IMG/VR virus record: IMGVR_UViG_3300017785_000664
Coordinates: 1 to 30,399 of that record
Reading direction: 5' to 3' (one strand)
Source of the DNA: a virus
Taxonomy: Duplodnaviria; Caudoviricetes
Length of the DNA: 30,399 nt
Part shown: piece by piece, positions 7,956-16,789 of the stretch
Layout: each line of letters starts with the position of its first letter
Numbering within the stretch: the stretch's first letter is position 1
The notes under the pieces: model-generated
The model's database searches: none
What the model saw: only the letters and a program-made list of their open reading frames with translations
What the model was told of the DNA's origin: nothing
Program-made: the position numbers and the translations under genes

Positions 7956-8252
7956 ATGAGTGCATTAATTAATTTTAGTTTAAGAATTGACAAATTACCA
8001 AAAGAAAAATTTGTTATCGGAAAAGATGGAGCAGTTTACTACAATGGAACTATTTCTATTAATGATGAAACAAATCAGTTTGGACAAAATGTTTCAATTA
8101 CAGATTCTCAAACACAAGAAGAAAGAGAAGCAAAGAAACCTAAAACTTATTTAGGAAATGGAAAAGTAGTATGGAGTGATGGTAAAATTACAAACGCTAC
8201 AAAACAAGAATCAAAAGCAGTTGAATTAGAAACTGCTGATTTACCATTTTAA
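7956..8252 (+). CDS. ssb: Single-stranded DNA-binding protein (Bacteroidota phage type)
   Basis: Follows ERF; YLGNGKVVW motif; acidic C-terminal DLPF tail. Confidence 0.75.
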   Translation: MSALINFSLRIDKLPKEKFVIGKDGAVYYNGTISINDETNQFGQNVSITDSQTQEEREAKKPKTYLGNGKVVWSDGKITNATKQESKAVELETADLPF

Positions 8253-8259
8253 ATTAATC

Positions 8260-8284
8260 AGGGAGTGTAACAGCTCCCTTTTTT
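8260..8284 (+). terminator. Intrinsic terminator/attenuator after ssb
   Basis: AGGGAGT-GTAACA-GCTCCCT then a T run. Confidence 0.8.
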
Positions 8285-8295
8285 AAACAAAACAA

Positions 8296-9144
8296 ATGAC
8301 AATAGACAAAGACGAACATAGACTTATAATGCAAGTTTTGATAGAAGAAGCTACTATCAATCCTTTAGAAAAAATAGATTACCCAACACCAGCTATTTCA
8401 TTTGGAACAAAAGCATACGAAACAAAAGATGGGTTATTAGAATATCCTATTCCAATAGGAACATACGGAAATTTTAGTTTTGTACAAGCACCACCGAAAT
8501 CAAAGAAAACATTTTTTATTAGTTTACTTTCTGCAGTTTATTTAAACGGACAATTAAATGGAATAAGCGGAGATTTAAAAGGTAATAGAGACAACAAACA
8601 TTTAGTACATTTTGATACAGAACAAGGTAACTTTCACGCACAAATGGTTTTTAAACGACCAATTGAAATGACTGGAACTATTACTGATAAATATCATACA
8701 TTAGCTTTAAGACAATATTCTGCAAAAGATAGAGTTGATTTAATAGAATTCTATTTATACGATACATTAGACAAAAAAGATATTGGATTGGTAATTATTG
8801 ATGGTATTGCAGATTTATGTAGCGATGTAAATAATATAGAAGAATCAAATTTAGTTGTTCAAAAGTTAATGAAATGGACAAAAGAATTAAATTGCCATAT
8901 AATAACAGTAATCCATTCTAATTTTGGAACTGATAAACCCACAGGGCATTTAGGTTCAGCATTAGAAAAGAAAGCAGAAACACAAATTCAATTAGAATTA
9001 AACACAGTAAACAAAGATTTAGTAACCGTAAGTTGTAAACGTTCCAGAAACGCAGGGTTTGAAAACTTTAGTTTTAAAGTAAACAAATCAGGATTACCAC
9101 AAGTTGAAGGAGATTTTTACGATGTAATGAAAGGAGTATTTTAA
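8296..9144 (+). CDS. RecA-fold (AAA_25 / RepA / DnaB-like) helicase ATPase
   Basis: Variant Walker A APPKSKKT, FDTEQG, Walker B VIIDGIAD, VIH.N...K..GHLGS.LEKKAET, SRN arginine finger. Confidence 0.8.
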   Translation: MTIDKDEHRLIMQVLIEEATINPLEKIDYPTPAISFGTKAYETKDGLLEYPIPIGTYGNFSFVQAPPKSKKTFFISLLSAVYLNGQLNGISGDLKGNRDNKHLVHFDTEQGNFHAQMVFKRPIEMTGTITDKYHTLALRQYSAKDRVDLIEFYLYDTLDKKDIGLVIIDGIADLCSDVNNIEESNLVVQKLMKWTKELNCHIITVIHSNFGTDKPTGHLGSALEKKAETQIQLELNTVNKDLVTVSCKRSRNAGFENFSFKVNKSGLPQVEGDFYDVMKGVF

Positions 9145-9434
9145 TGGAAACAACAATTAAGAATCACGTAGAAGAATTACAGCTATCAGCTGAAAGAATG
9201 TTATTATTGCATTCAGATAACAAAGTGTTAATAAGTTATTTCAAAGACTTAAAACAAAAGTTAGTATATTTGAAACAATTAAGTATGATAGAAACAAAGT
9301 TTCAATGGAATGAATTAGAAAACATAATTAATTTATTGCAAAAACAAGATTCTCAAATAACTAATATACATATTGATTTAGAAGTTAAAGAAAGTAAAGA
9401 TAAAAATAACGCTTATTTAAAAATAAAACTATGA
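9144..9434 (+). CDS. Hypothetical protein
   Basis: 96 aa, TAATG-coupled. Confidence 0.7.
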   Translation: METTIKNHVEELQLSAERMLLLHSDNKVLISYFKDLKQKLVYLKQLSMIETKFQWNELENIINLLQKQDSQITNIHIDLEVKESKDKNNAYLKIKL

Positions 9435-9652
9435 TACTAATTTCATTTATACTGTTTACTATTTATTTCTTAATGCAATTAATGGTAAAATACGACGGCG
9501 ATGTAATAATAGCACCAATAAAAGGCTTAATGTTTGGTGCATTATACAATGACGATATTGATAATAGAGAAACAGAACACACTATTCAAATAGTGCTTTT
9601 CGTAATATCAATAACATTTATATGGATAACAACAAATGGCTCGAAAAAGTAG
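9431..9652 (+). CDS. Hypothetical membrane protein
   Basis: 73 aa, hydrophobic termini, ATGA-coupled. Confidence 0.65.
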   Translation: MILISFILFTIYFLMQLMVKYDGDVIIAPIKGLMFGALYNDDIDNRETEHTIQIVLFVISITFIWITTNGSKK

Positions 9653-10164
9653 CCGTACATCACAAAGAATGGGTTAAGATTATAAATGGATTTGGAGAAT
9701 TTGATTATGCTGAAGATATAGTCCAAGAAAGTTATATAGCTTTATGGAAATATGCAGATGCTGATAAAATTTTAGATTCAGAAGGAAATGTTAGAAAAGG
9801 ATATGTTTATTTTACTTTACGAAGTTTATATTTTCAGTATTATAATAAGAAAATGAAAATAACTAAAGTACCTTTTGATGGCTGTTGGGAATTATTTGAT
9901 GATTCAAACATTGAAGAACACAAAGCGTATAATAATATATGTTTAATGATTGATAAAGAAATAGATAATTGGCACTGGTATGATAAAAAGCTGTTTAAAC
10001 TTTATAGAGATACAGATATGTCAATGCGAGATATAGCAAAAGAAACAAACATTAGTTTAATATCTATATTTCATTCAATTAAAAACTATAAAGAAATACT
10101 TAAAAACAAATTTCAAAAAGATTACAACGATTATAATATTAACGATTACAATAACACTTACTAA
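9622..10164 (+). CDS. ECF-like sigma-70 family factor (probable late-gene sigma)
   Basis: Region-2 motif AEDIVQESYIALW and region-4 HTH MSMRDIAKETNISLISIFHSIK; 180 aa. Confidence 0.82.
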   Translation: MDNNKWLEKVAVHHKEWVKIINGFGEFDYAEDIVQESYIALWKYADADKILDSEGNVRKGYVYFTLRSLYFQYYNKKMKITKVPFDGCWELFDDSNIEEHKAYNNICLMIDKEIDNWHWYDKKLFKLYRDTDMSMRDIAKETNISLISIFHSIKNYKEILKNKFQKDYNDYNINDYNNTY

Positions 10165-10172
10165 TTAAAATT

Positions 10173-10550
10173 ATGGCTAAAAAAAATGCACAAGGTTTGG
10201 GAGACACTATTGAACAAATCACAGAAGTAACTGGAATCAAAAAAGTAGTAGAATTATTTTCATCCGTAACAGGTTTAGATTGCGGTTGCGATGAACGAAA
10301 AGCAAAGTTAAATAAATTATTTCCTTATAACGGAAACATTAATTGTTTGACTGAAAAAGATTATAACGCTTTAACGGAATTAATTTCACCAAACAAAATT
10401 GAATTAACACCTGAGGAGCAAAATTTAATTTCTGAAATTTACCTTAATGTATTCAATTATCGTTTACAGTTATCTTCCTGCGGTTCTTGTTGGGCAGGTA
10501 AAATACAAGAATTAAGAAAAGTATACAACGAATACAAAATTAATGATTAA
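10173..10550 (+). CDS. Conserved Cys-rich phage protein (probably Zn-binding)
   Basis: GLGDTIEQIT, DCGCDERK..LN and SCGSC motifs. Confidence 0.7.
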   Translation: MAKKNAQGLGDTIEQITEVTGIKKVVELFSSVTGLDCGCDERKAKLNKLFPYNGNINCLTEKDYNALTELISPNKIELTPEEQNLISEIYLNVFNYRLQLSSCGSCWAGKIQELRKVYNEYKIND

Positions 10551-10944
10551 TTGGAAAGAAGTTGATTTATTTAATTGGCTAAAAGAAAATATATATCCTG
10601 ATTTAGTCAAAGCAAAGAATCAAATGTCAAGGTGGGATTGTTATAGTCCCACCACTGGGCATAGATTGGAACTAAAATGTAGAAAAGCACATTACCCTAC
10701 ATTACTATTAGAAAAGAAGAAATACGATGCAATGAAACAAGAATGCGAAAAGCATTTAGATACACCAATGTATTTTAATTCAACTCCAAAAGGAATTTAT
10801 AGTTTTAATCTAAATCTAATTATCCCAGAATGGGAAATAAATAATAAAAACCCAGCAACAACACAATTTTATAATACACAAAGAATAGAAAAAGAAGTAG
10901 CATATTTAGAAATAACAAAAGCAAAACAATGGAAAACAATATAA
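10543..10944 (+). CDS. PD-(D/E)XK-like nuclease
   Basis: WDC...RLELKCR motif. Confidence 0.6.
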   Translation: MINWKEVDLFNWLKENIYPDLVKAKNQMSRWDCYSPTTGHRLELKCRKAHYPTLLLEKKKYDAMKQECEKHLDTPMYFNSTPKGIYSFNLNLIIPEWEINNKNPATTQFYNTQRIEKEVAYLEITKAKQWKTI

Positions 10945-11285
10945 TACAATTAGAATATTTAAAATCAGTTCTATTAAGTCAATTACTTTTAGAATCAAAC
11001 GAAAGTTTATTTTTTACAAAACAATACAAGCAACAAATTAAACATAAAATAAATAGTTTAAATAAAGACTTGGAAGAAATTGTACGAGATGAATACAAAA
11101 TCATTTACGATACAGATGCAGAAACAACTACTAATATATTAAGAAGCATAGAAGCAATAGTTAAAAAGCTACAAACAAGTTCAATAGACGAGTTAGTATT
11201 TATAAATGCAGTTATCGACAAATATAAAGAAAATAAAGAATGGTTTACTGAAAATTGTTCTACTGATTTTTTAAAATTAGGTTAA
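10929..11285 (+). CDS. Hypothetical protein
   Basis: 118 aa helical ORF overlapping the upstream gene. Confidence 0.7.
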   Translation: MENNIIQLEYLKSVLLSQLLLESNESLFFTKQYKQQIKHKINSLNKDLEEIVRDEYKIIYDTDAETTTNILRSIEAIVKKLQTSSIDELVFINAVIDKYKENKEWFTENCSTDFLKLG

Positions 11286-11286
11286 T

Positions 11287-11859
11287 ATGAAAATATGTAT
11301 TAAATGTAAAATAGAAAAAGAAGATATTAATTTTCATAAAGATATACGTATGAAAAATGGATTAAGGTCAGATTGTAAAGATTGTGTAAAAATATATTGT
11401 ATAAAAAATAAAGAAATAAGAAAAAAAAATAATATAAAATTTCGTGAAATAAATAAAGACTATATAATTAAATATAGAAAAGAACATTATCAAATAAATA
11501 AAGAACGTATATTAAAACAAACAAAATTATATACTAATAATAAATTAAAAACTGATTCATTATTTAAATTAAGTGTTTATATAAGAAATTTAATTGGATA
11601 TTCTATTAGAAAAAAAGAATATACTAAAAATTTAAAATCACATAAAATATTAGGATGTTCAATAGAAGAATTTAAAGAACATTTAGAAAAACAATTTACT
11701 GAAGGTATGAATTGGGAAAATGCAGGAAAATGGCATCTTGACCATATTTATCCAGTTTCATTAGCAACTGACGAAAAACATTTAATACAACTTAATCACT
11801 ACACTAATTTTCAACCACTTTGGGCTATAGATAATATAAGAAAAAGTAATAAAATTTAA
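11287..11859 (+). CDS. HNH endonuclease with N-terminal Zn finger (homing-endonuclease-like)
   Basis: CIKC...CKDC; WHLDHIYP...NHYTNFQPLWAIDNIRKSNK; Lys/Ile-rich linker. Confidence 0.85.
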   Translation: MKICIKCKIEKEDINFHKDIRMKNGLRSDCKDCVKIYCIKNKEIRKKNNIKFREINKDYIIKYRKEHYQINKERILKQTKLYTNNKLKTDSLFKLSVYIRNLIGYSIRKKEYTKNLKSHKILGCSIEEFKEHLEKQFTEGMNWENAGKWHLDHIYPVSLATDEKHLIQLNHYTNFQPLWAIDNIRKSNKI

Positions 11860-11860
11860 A

Positions 11861-12136
11861 ATGGCTAAAAAACAAATCATTCAATATAAACCTACGGATG
11901 AAGAATTTAAAGCAATGAAAATTTGTTTGGATAATGATTTAGCATATTATATAGAAAGAAATAAAGATTCAAGTTATTATGTAATTAAATACAGACCTTC
12001 TAATTATAAGTTAATAAACTATTTAGCTATTGATACAAAGTTAGAAGCAACACCAAGTAATAGACAAACGTTTAACGAATATGAAGGAATGAAGAAAGTA
12101 ATGGATTTATATAAACAACACTCAAAAAGATTTTAA
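11861..12136 (+). CDS. Hypothetical protein
   Basis: 91 aa ORF within the operon. Confidence 0.7.
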   Translation: MAKKQIIQYKPTDEEFKAMKICLDNDLAYYIERNKDSSYYVIKYRPSNYKLINYLAIDTKLEATPSNRQTFNEYEGMKKVMDLYKQHSKRF

Positions 12137-12342
12137 TGAAAGACACAATAGTAGAAGCAGTAGTAAACAAATTTAAACAACGTTCTGAAGTAGGAATAAA
12201 GAAATATGGAGTTACATTAGACAGAGAAGATTTAACTACATTACAATGGATAGAACACGCAATAGAAGAAGCAATGGATTTAACATTGTATTTAGAAAAA
12301 CTTAAAAGAAAAATATATTTAATAGAAAATGGCAAAGACTAG
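12136..12342 (+). CDS. Small all-alpha protein, possible MazG-like nucleotide pyrophosphohydrolase
   Basis: G.KKYG.TLDR.DL...W..HA.EEAMD..LYL motif. Confidence 0.5.
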   Translation: MKDTIVEAVVNKFKQRSEVGIKKYGVTLDREDLTTLQWIEHAIEEAMDLTLYLEKLKRKIYLIENGKD

Positions 12343-12457
12343 ATTTAAACCGCTAACAAGAATAAACAGAGTACTTGAATTTTATCACTCAAGAGGAATA
12401 AATTCAGAAAGAGTTAATAAAGTTTATCGTAATATTATTAAGCTACCTAAACAGTAG
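12329..12457 (+). CDS. Basic hypothetical protein, 42 aa (MAKTRFKPLTRINRVLEFYHSRGINSERVNKVYRNIIKLPKQ)
   Basis: Translated by hand; overlaps the upstream stop and ends inside the terminator. Confidence 0.6.
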   Translation: MAKTRFKPLTRINRVLEFYHSRGINSERVNKVYRNIIKLPKQ

Positions 12458-12465
12458 CTTTTTTT
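12440..12465 (+). terminator. Intrinsic terminator
   Basis: AAGCTAC-CTAAACA-GTAGCTT followed by a T run. Confidence 0.8.
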
Positions 12466-12470
12466 ATTTT

Positions 12471-12531
12471 GTTAATATTATGTTAATTTTTATTAAAAAG
12501 TTTTTTAGTATTAATAACTTGTTTATATTTG
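12471..12531 (+). promoter_or_regulatory. Early promoter: GTTAA-N6-GTTAA (12471-12486) plus TATATTTG (12524-12531)
   Basis: 53-nt offset identical to the 6958 site; follows a terminator. Confidence 0.75.
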
Positions 12532-12554
12532 TATAAAAATAAAAAACAAACACT

Positions 12555-12725
12555 ATGAACAAAACAGAAATTTTAACTAAATTAGAAAGTGTTATTTGGT
12601 TAATGAATGAAATCGAAAACACTTATGTTAGAAATGAACTCCAATTAATTGCAGATGCTTTAGTAAAAGATTGGAATGAATCAGATGATTATTATGAACA
12701 AATAAAACAAACGTTAAATGGATAA
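12555..12725 (+). CDS. Hypothetical protein, 56 aa (MNKTEILTKLESVIWLMNEIENTY...)
   Basis: First ATG after the promoter; A-rich leader; overlaps the next start. Confidence 0.7.
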   Translation: MNKTEILTKLESVIWLMNEIENTYVRNELQLIADALVKDWNESDDYYEQIKQTLNG

Positions 12726-12921
12726 TGAAATAAAAGAAAGAGCATACATCAAAGTAAGATGTAAAATAAATGCTTTAAACAGAGAAGAACAAGATTATGT
12801 TTATCAAATAACAACTGGTAAAACAGATTTAGAAGAAGATATTTTATATAGAATGTTAGATTCAACCACAAGAGAATTAAAAGTTTGGGAGTATATATTA
12901 ACTTTAATAAATAACGGATGA
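12718..12921 (+). CDS. Hypothetical protein
   Basis: 67 aa, ATGA-coupled to the exonuclease. Confidence 0.7.
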   Translation: MDNEIKERAYIKVRCKINALNREEQDYVYQITTGKTDLEEDILYRMLDSTTRELKVWEYILTLINNG

Positions 12922-13631
12922 TTTTATTATTTGATGCTGATAGTTTAATATTTGCTAGTTGTTATAAAAGAAAAGAACACGAAAACGACGAGCAATTTTA
13001 TACTGATATTAATTTATCAATACATAAATTTGATGAAGGTTTTATGAAAATTATTAATGATTTAGAAGAAACATACGAAATTGAAAAAGTATTAGTTTTT
13101 TCTGGTTCAAAAGGTAATTTTAGGAAATATTTATCTCCTAAATATAAAGCAAATAGAATAGGTGGGATATTACCACCATTATTAAATGATATGCACAAAT
13201 TCGTGAAAGAAAGTTATGATTCAATAGTTGGGTATGGAGTTGAAACGGATGATATGGTGGCAAGATATTGGTATAATTTATCTAAAGAACACGGAAGAAA
13301 CAATGTTATGATAATTTCAATAGATAAAGACTATAAACAATTTCCTTGTTTGATGTATAACTATCATTTTAAACATAGATGTGTTTATGATATATCAAAA
13401 GAACAAGCAATGTATAATTTCTATGAGCAAATGATTATTGGAGATACAGCGGATAATGTTCAATACTGTAAAGGTTACGGAAAGAAATATGCAGAAAAAT
13501 TATTTGTAGGATGTGATTCACATTATAAATATACTAAAAGAGTTTATGAATTATTTAAGAATATACATAAAGGAAAAGCAAAGCAGCGCTATATTGAATG
13601 TTATAATTTATTAAAATTAAGAACTAATTAA
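12918..13631 (+). CDS. 5'-3' exonuclease / flap endonuclease (T7 gp6 / phage RNase H-like)
   Basis: LFDADS, NFRK...YKANR, ETDD, SIDKD, GDTADNV...KGYG.K.A motifs. Confidence 0.9.
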   Translation: MILLFDADSLIFASCYKRKEHENDEQFYTDINLSIHKFDEGFMKIINDLEETYEIEKVLVFSGSKGNFRKYLSPKYKANRIGGILPPLLNDMHKFVKESYDSIVGYGVETDDMVARYWYNLSKEHGRNNVMIISIDKDYKQFPCLMYNYHFKHRCVYDISKEQAMYNFYEQMIIGDTADNVQYCKGYGKKYAEKLFVGCDSHYKYTKRVYELFKNIHKGKAKQRYIECYNLLKLRTN

Positions 13632-13633
13632 AA

Positions 13634-13684
13634 GTTAAAAAAATGTTAATTAATTTTATTTATTAGAATATATAATTAATTTTA
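13634..13684 (+). promoter_or_regulatory. Probable promoter for the glycosyltransferase cassette: GTTAA-N6-GTTAA (13634-13649) plus TAATTTTA (13677-13684)
   Basis: Exact direct-repeat motif; -7 element with one mismatch at a 43-nt offset. Confidence 0.55.
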
Positions 13685-13711
13685 CAAAACAATTTAAAAT
13701 CAAAAAAAACT

Positions 13712-14110
13712 ATGAAACAAATAAATTTATTCGGAAATGAATTTAAACAAGATGAAAATGAAAAAAAATATTCATCAAAAATTGAAGCACCTATTTATGA
13801 ACCTAAAAATATAAAACCACATATTTTAGAATTAGTAAATAAAGAAAAAACTCATAGATTGATGCGTGAAATTGATAATTCAAATTTACCTATTGAAGAA
13901 AAAACTTTTTTAATAGATGCAGCAAGAAGGCATAATGTATTTAATTATGAAAAAATAGCTGATTATTATGCAAATTCAAATAAAGAAATGCAAAACTTAA
14001 TGGAAAAATCAGCACTTGTAATAATAGATTTTGAAAAAGCAATTCAATTAGGTTATGTTAGATTATGTGATGAAATAAGAACACAATATTTAGAAGAATA
14101 TGGAGAATAA
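13712..14110 (+). CDS. Glycosyltransferase-partner protein of unknown function
   Basis: 132 aa; KY..KI..PIYEP, FL..AA.RH.VFNY..IADYYA, SALVIIDF.KAI..GYV; overlaps the GT start. Confidence 0.75.
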   Translation: MKQINLFGNEFKQDENEKKYSSKIEAPIYEPKNIKPHILELVNKEKTHRLMREIDNSNLPIEEKTFLIDAARRHNVFNYEKIADYYANSNKEMQNLMEKSALVIIDFEKAIQLGYVRLCDEIRTQYLEEYGE

Positions 14111-14927
14111 AGATTTTGCTGTGTTTATATTAACACACGGAAGACCTGATAATGTTAAAACATTAAGGCTAATAAATGCTAGAGGATATACTGGAAAGGT
14201 TTATTTTGTTGTAGATAATGAAGATAAAACTCTTGATAGGTATATTAAAAACTTTGGTATTGATAATGTTAAAGTGTTTGATAAAAAATCAATGGCTGAT
14301 AAAATTGATGAGGGAAATAATTTTGATAATAGAAAAGTAATTATACACGCAAGAAATTATTGCTTTGAATTAGCAAAAGAATTAGGTATAACTTACTTTA
14401 TTCAATTTGATGATGATTACTATTCTCTTGGTTATAGATACATTGAAGGAGAGAGAAAAATAAATAATCTTAATAAGGTTTTTGATATAATGCTTAAATA
14501 TTATAAAAGCTGTAATATTCTATCTATTTGCTTTTCTCAAGGTGGAGACCATATTGGTGGATTTAGTGGTATAAAATTAAAGAGAAAAGCTATGAATAGT
14601 TTTTTATGCTCAACCGAGAGACCTTTTCAATTTATTGGAAGTATAAATGAAGATGTAAACACATATACAACACTTGGTAGTAGAGGTGAATTATTTTTTA
14701 CATTTACAAATATAAACCTATCTCAAGGAGATACTCAAAGTAATAAAGGAGGAATGTCAGATGAATATGCTTTAAGTGGAACTTATGTAAAGTCTTTTCA
14801 TAGTGTTATGATGCAACCAAGTTCGGTTAAAGTATCTATGATGAACTCAAAGAATACAAGGCTACATCATTCAATTAAATGGATTAATACTACGCCTATG
14901 ATATTAAATGATAAATATAAAAAATAA
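14100..14927 (+). CDS. GT-A fold glycosyltransferase, TAGT/GREB1-like (candidate DNA base glycosyltransferase)
   Basis: FILTHGRPD, ARNYCF, QFDDDY (DxD), INEDV, TQSNKGGM motifs. Confidence 0.75.
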   Translation: MENKDFAVFILTHGRPDNVKTLRLINARGYTGKVYFVVDNEDKTLDRYIKNFGIDNVKVFDKKSMADKIDEGNNFDNRKVIIHARNYCFELAKELGITYFIQFDDDYYSLGYRYIEGERKINNLNKVFDIMLKYYKSCNILSICFSQGGDHIGGFSGIKLKRKAMNSFLCSTERPFQFIGSINEDVNTYTTLGSRGELFFTFTNINLSQGDTQSNKGGMSDEYALSGTYVKSFHSVMMQPSSVKVSMMNSKNTRLHHSIKWINTTPMILNDKYKK

Positions 14928-15298
14928 TGGAACATTGTAATGACTTTAGATATGATTTAAAAACAGGACAAATAGGAGAACAACTATTAGAAAATATATT
15001 AAATTTTAAAACAATAGAAGTTAAACGTGATAGTTGGATATATAAAAGTGGTAATATAGCAATAGAATATGAGAGTAGAGATAAACCATCAGGAATATCA
15101 AAAACAGAAGCAGAATATTGGGCAATTATATTTTCTGGAGGTTACAAAGATGAAATAATAATTATAATAAAAACAAATAGATTAAAAGATATTTGTAGAA
15201 AATATTATAAATTAGGAAATATAAAATTAATGGGAGATAATAATACTTCAAAAGCTATTTTAATACCAACAAAAGAATTTTTACTATATGAACGATAA
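14927..15298 (+). CDS. PD-(D/E)XK restriction-like nuclease-fold protein
   Basis: DL..GQ.GE, IEVKRD...GNIAIEYE...KPSGI..T.A.YW. Confidence 0.65.
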   Translation: MEHCNDFRYDLKTGQIGEQLLENILNFKTIEVKRDSWIYKSGNIAIEYESRDKPSGISKTEAEYWAIIFSGGYKDEIIIIIKTNRLKDICRKYYKLGNIKLMGDNNTSKAILIPTKEFLLYER

Positions 15299-15503
15299 AG
15301 CAATAGACCATTATAATCTAACTTTATATGAAATAGAACAAGGAACAACTTTAAAACAAGTAAGAAATATACTAAAACACTATGAAGATTTAGAATTATA
15401 TGAAGAATGTCAAGGAATACATTTAGCATTAGAAATAATAAGTTTTAATGTACTAACAGATTTAATTAAAAACAAACAAAAAATAAAAATAAAATGGAAA
15501 TAA
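15288..15503 (+). CDS. Hypothetical protein
   Basis: 71 aa; YE..ELYEECQGI motif. Confidence 0.7.
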   Translation: MNDKAIDHYNLTLYEIEQGTTLKQVRNILKHYEDLELYEECQGIHLALEIISFNVLTDLIKNKQKIKIKWK

Positions 15504-16000
15504 CAGAAAGATTAAAAGAAATAATACAAACAGAAACAGATACAAACATAAACGTAAGAACACGTAAAAGAGAAACAGTAGAAGCAAGAAGTTTATACTG
15601 TTCAATACTAAAACAATTATATCCAAATAAAACCTTTCAAGGAATAGGAGATACATTAGAACTTAATCACGCAACTATTATACACGCATTAAGAATGTAT
15701 AACATATACGAGAAATCAAATCCTGAGTTAAAGCATTTAAGAAACAAAATATTAAGTAACTTTATAGAAGTAGAACAATCAAATAATACAGAAGAACAAA
15801 ATGAATTGTACAACTTAAGATTTAATAACGTATCTTTGACAAAACAAATAAAAGAATTAGAACAAAAACCAAAATATGAAAACAAAACAATAAACAAATT
15901 AAATAGCTTAATGGAACAATATGAAGGAATGAAACAACAACAAATAATAATAGATAGACTAGAGGCTTTTTATAAAATGAATACTAACATAAAACTATAA
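15494..16000 (+). CDS. DnaA domain IV (TrpR-like HTH) DNA-binding protein with coiled-coil tail
   Basis: RKRETVEAR.LY...TFQGIG..L.LNHATIIHA resembles DnaA R......AR...SL..IG..F...DHTTV.HA. Confidence 0.7.
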   Translation: MEITERLKEIIQTETDTNINVRTRKRETVEARSLYCSILKQLYPNKTFQGIGDTLELNHATIIHALRMYNIYEKSNPELKHLRNKILSNFIEVEQSNNTEEQNELYNLRFNNVSLTKQIKELEQKPKYENKTINKLNSLMEQYEGMKQQQIIIDRLEAFYKMNTNIKL

Positions 16001-16002
16001 AG

Positions 16003-16233
16003 ATGGCAGATATATCTAAATGTAATGATAAACTATGTCCTTCAAAAGATTTTTGTTATAGATTCACGGCACCTGCTTCAGAATACTGGCAATCATACGG
16101 TTCTTTTAATCGCGAAGAAGATGCTTTTAATTGTGATATGTTTTGGAATAATGGGGCTTGTAAATATTGCCACCAAAAAGATGGAGTACATAAAATGAGT
16201 TGTCCAACAATGAAAACACAAATAAACTTATGA
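16003..16233 (+). CDS. Small Cys-rich hypothetical protein
   Basis: DISKC....CP....CYRFTA plus C..C......H...C. Confidence 0.7.
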   Translation: MADISKCNDKLCPSKDFCYRFTAPASEYWQSYGSFNREEDAFNCDMFWNNGACKYCHQKDGVHKMSCPTMKTQINL

Positions 16234-16373
16234 CACACAAAGAAAGAGCAATAATACTATTCAATAAATATTCAAAAGAATATAATAGATTCACTGTAGC
16301 AGGATATATAAAACAAGAAGTAGAAGGATGGAAAGAAATATCTATTGAACTTGGTAAACTATATAAACAATAA
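16230..16373 (+). CDS. Hypothetical protein, 47 aa (MTHKERAIILFNKY...)
   Basis: ATGA overlap; translated by hand. Confidence 0.6.
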   Translation: MTHKERAIILFNKYSKEYNRFTVAGYIKQEVEGWKEISIELGKLYKQ

Positions 16374-16377
16374 CATT

Positions 16378-16473
16378 ATGAAATATGTATTAATATTATT
16401 ATCGTACGAATTTATAAGACCTAAATTAATTTGGTTTTGGTATTACTTAATTAGTAAGTCTGATAAACAATAA
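16378..16473 (+). CDS. Hydrophobic peptide, 31 aa (MKYVLILLSYEFIRPKLIWFWYYLISKSDKQ)
   Basis: Fills the gap; ACATT leader as seen before other starts. Confidence 0.5.
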   Translation: MKYVLILLSYEFIRPKLIWFWYYLISKSDKQ

Positions 16474-16488
16474 ACAAAAATGTTTATT
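16467..16488 (+). promoter_or_regulatory. Late promoter ACAA-N13-TTATT upstream of terS
   Basis: One of five fixed-spacing copies, each before a structural operon. Confidence 0.65.
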
Positions 16489-16517
16489 TTTAAATTGAAT
16501 AATCAAATTATTTCAAG

Positions 16518-16778
16518 ATGGAAAACAAAACTAATTACGGAGGCAAAAGAGAAAATGCAGGTCGTAAATCAAAAGCAGAAGAAGTTCAATTAATAGAAAA
16601 GTTATCTGTATTAGAACCTTTAGCATTTATGGCATTAGAAAAAGGATTAGAGAATGGAGACTTTAAATTCACACAACTATTCTATAATTACTATGCAGGT
16701 AAACCAAGAGAAACAAAAGACATAACAGTAACTAATGAGCAACCTATATTTAATATAGATGATTTAGATATCATTTAA
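16518..16778 (+). CDS. terS: Terminase small subunit
   Basis: GGKRENAGRK N-terminus, Y..GKP.ET motif, directly upstream of terL. Confidence 0.75.
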   Translation: MENKTNYGGKRENAGRKSKAEEVQLIEKLSVLEPLAFMALEKGLENGDFKFTQLFYNYYAGKPRETKDITVTNEQPIFNIDDLDII

Positions 16779-16789
16779 GACGTTATCTT

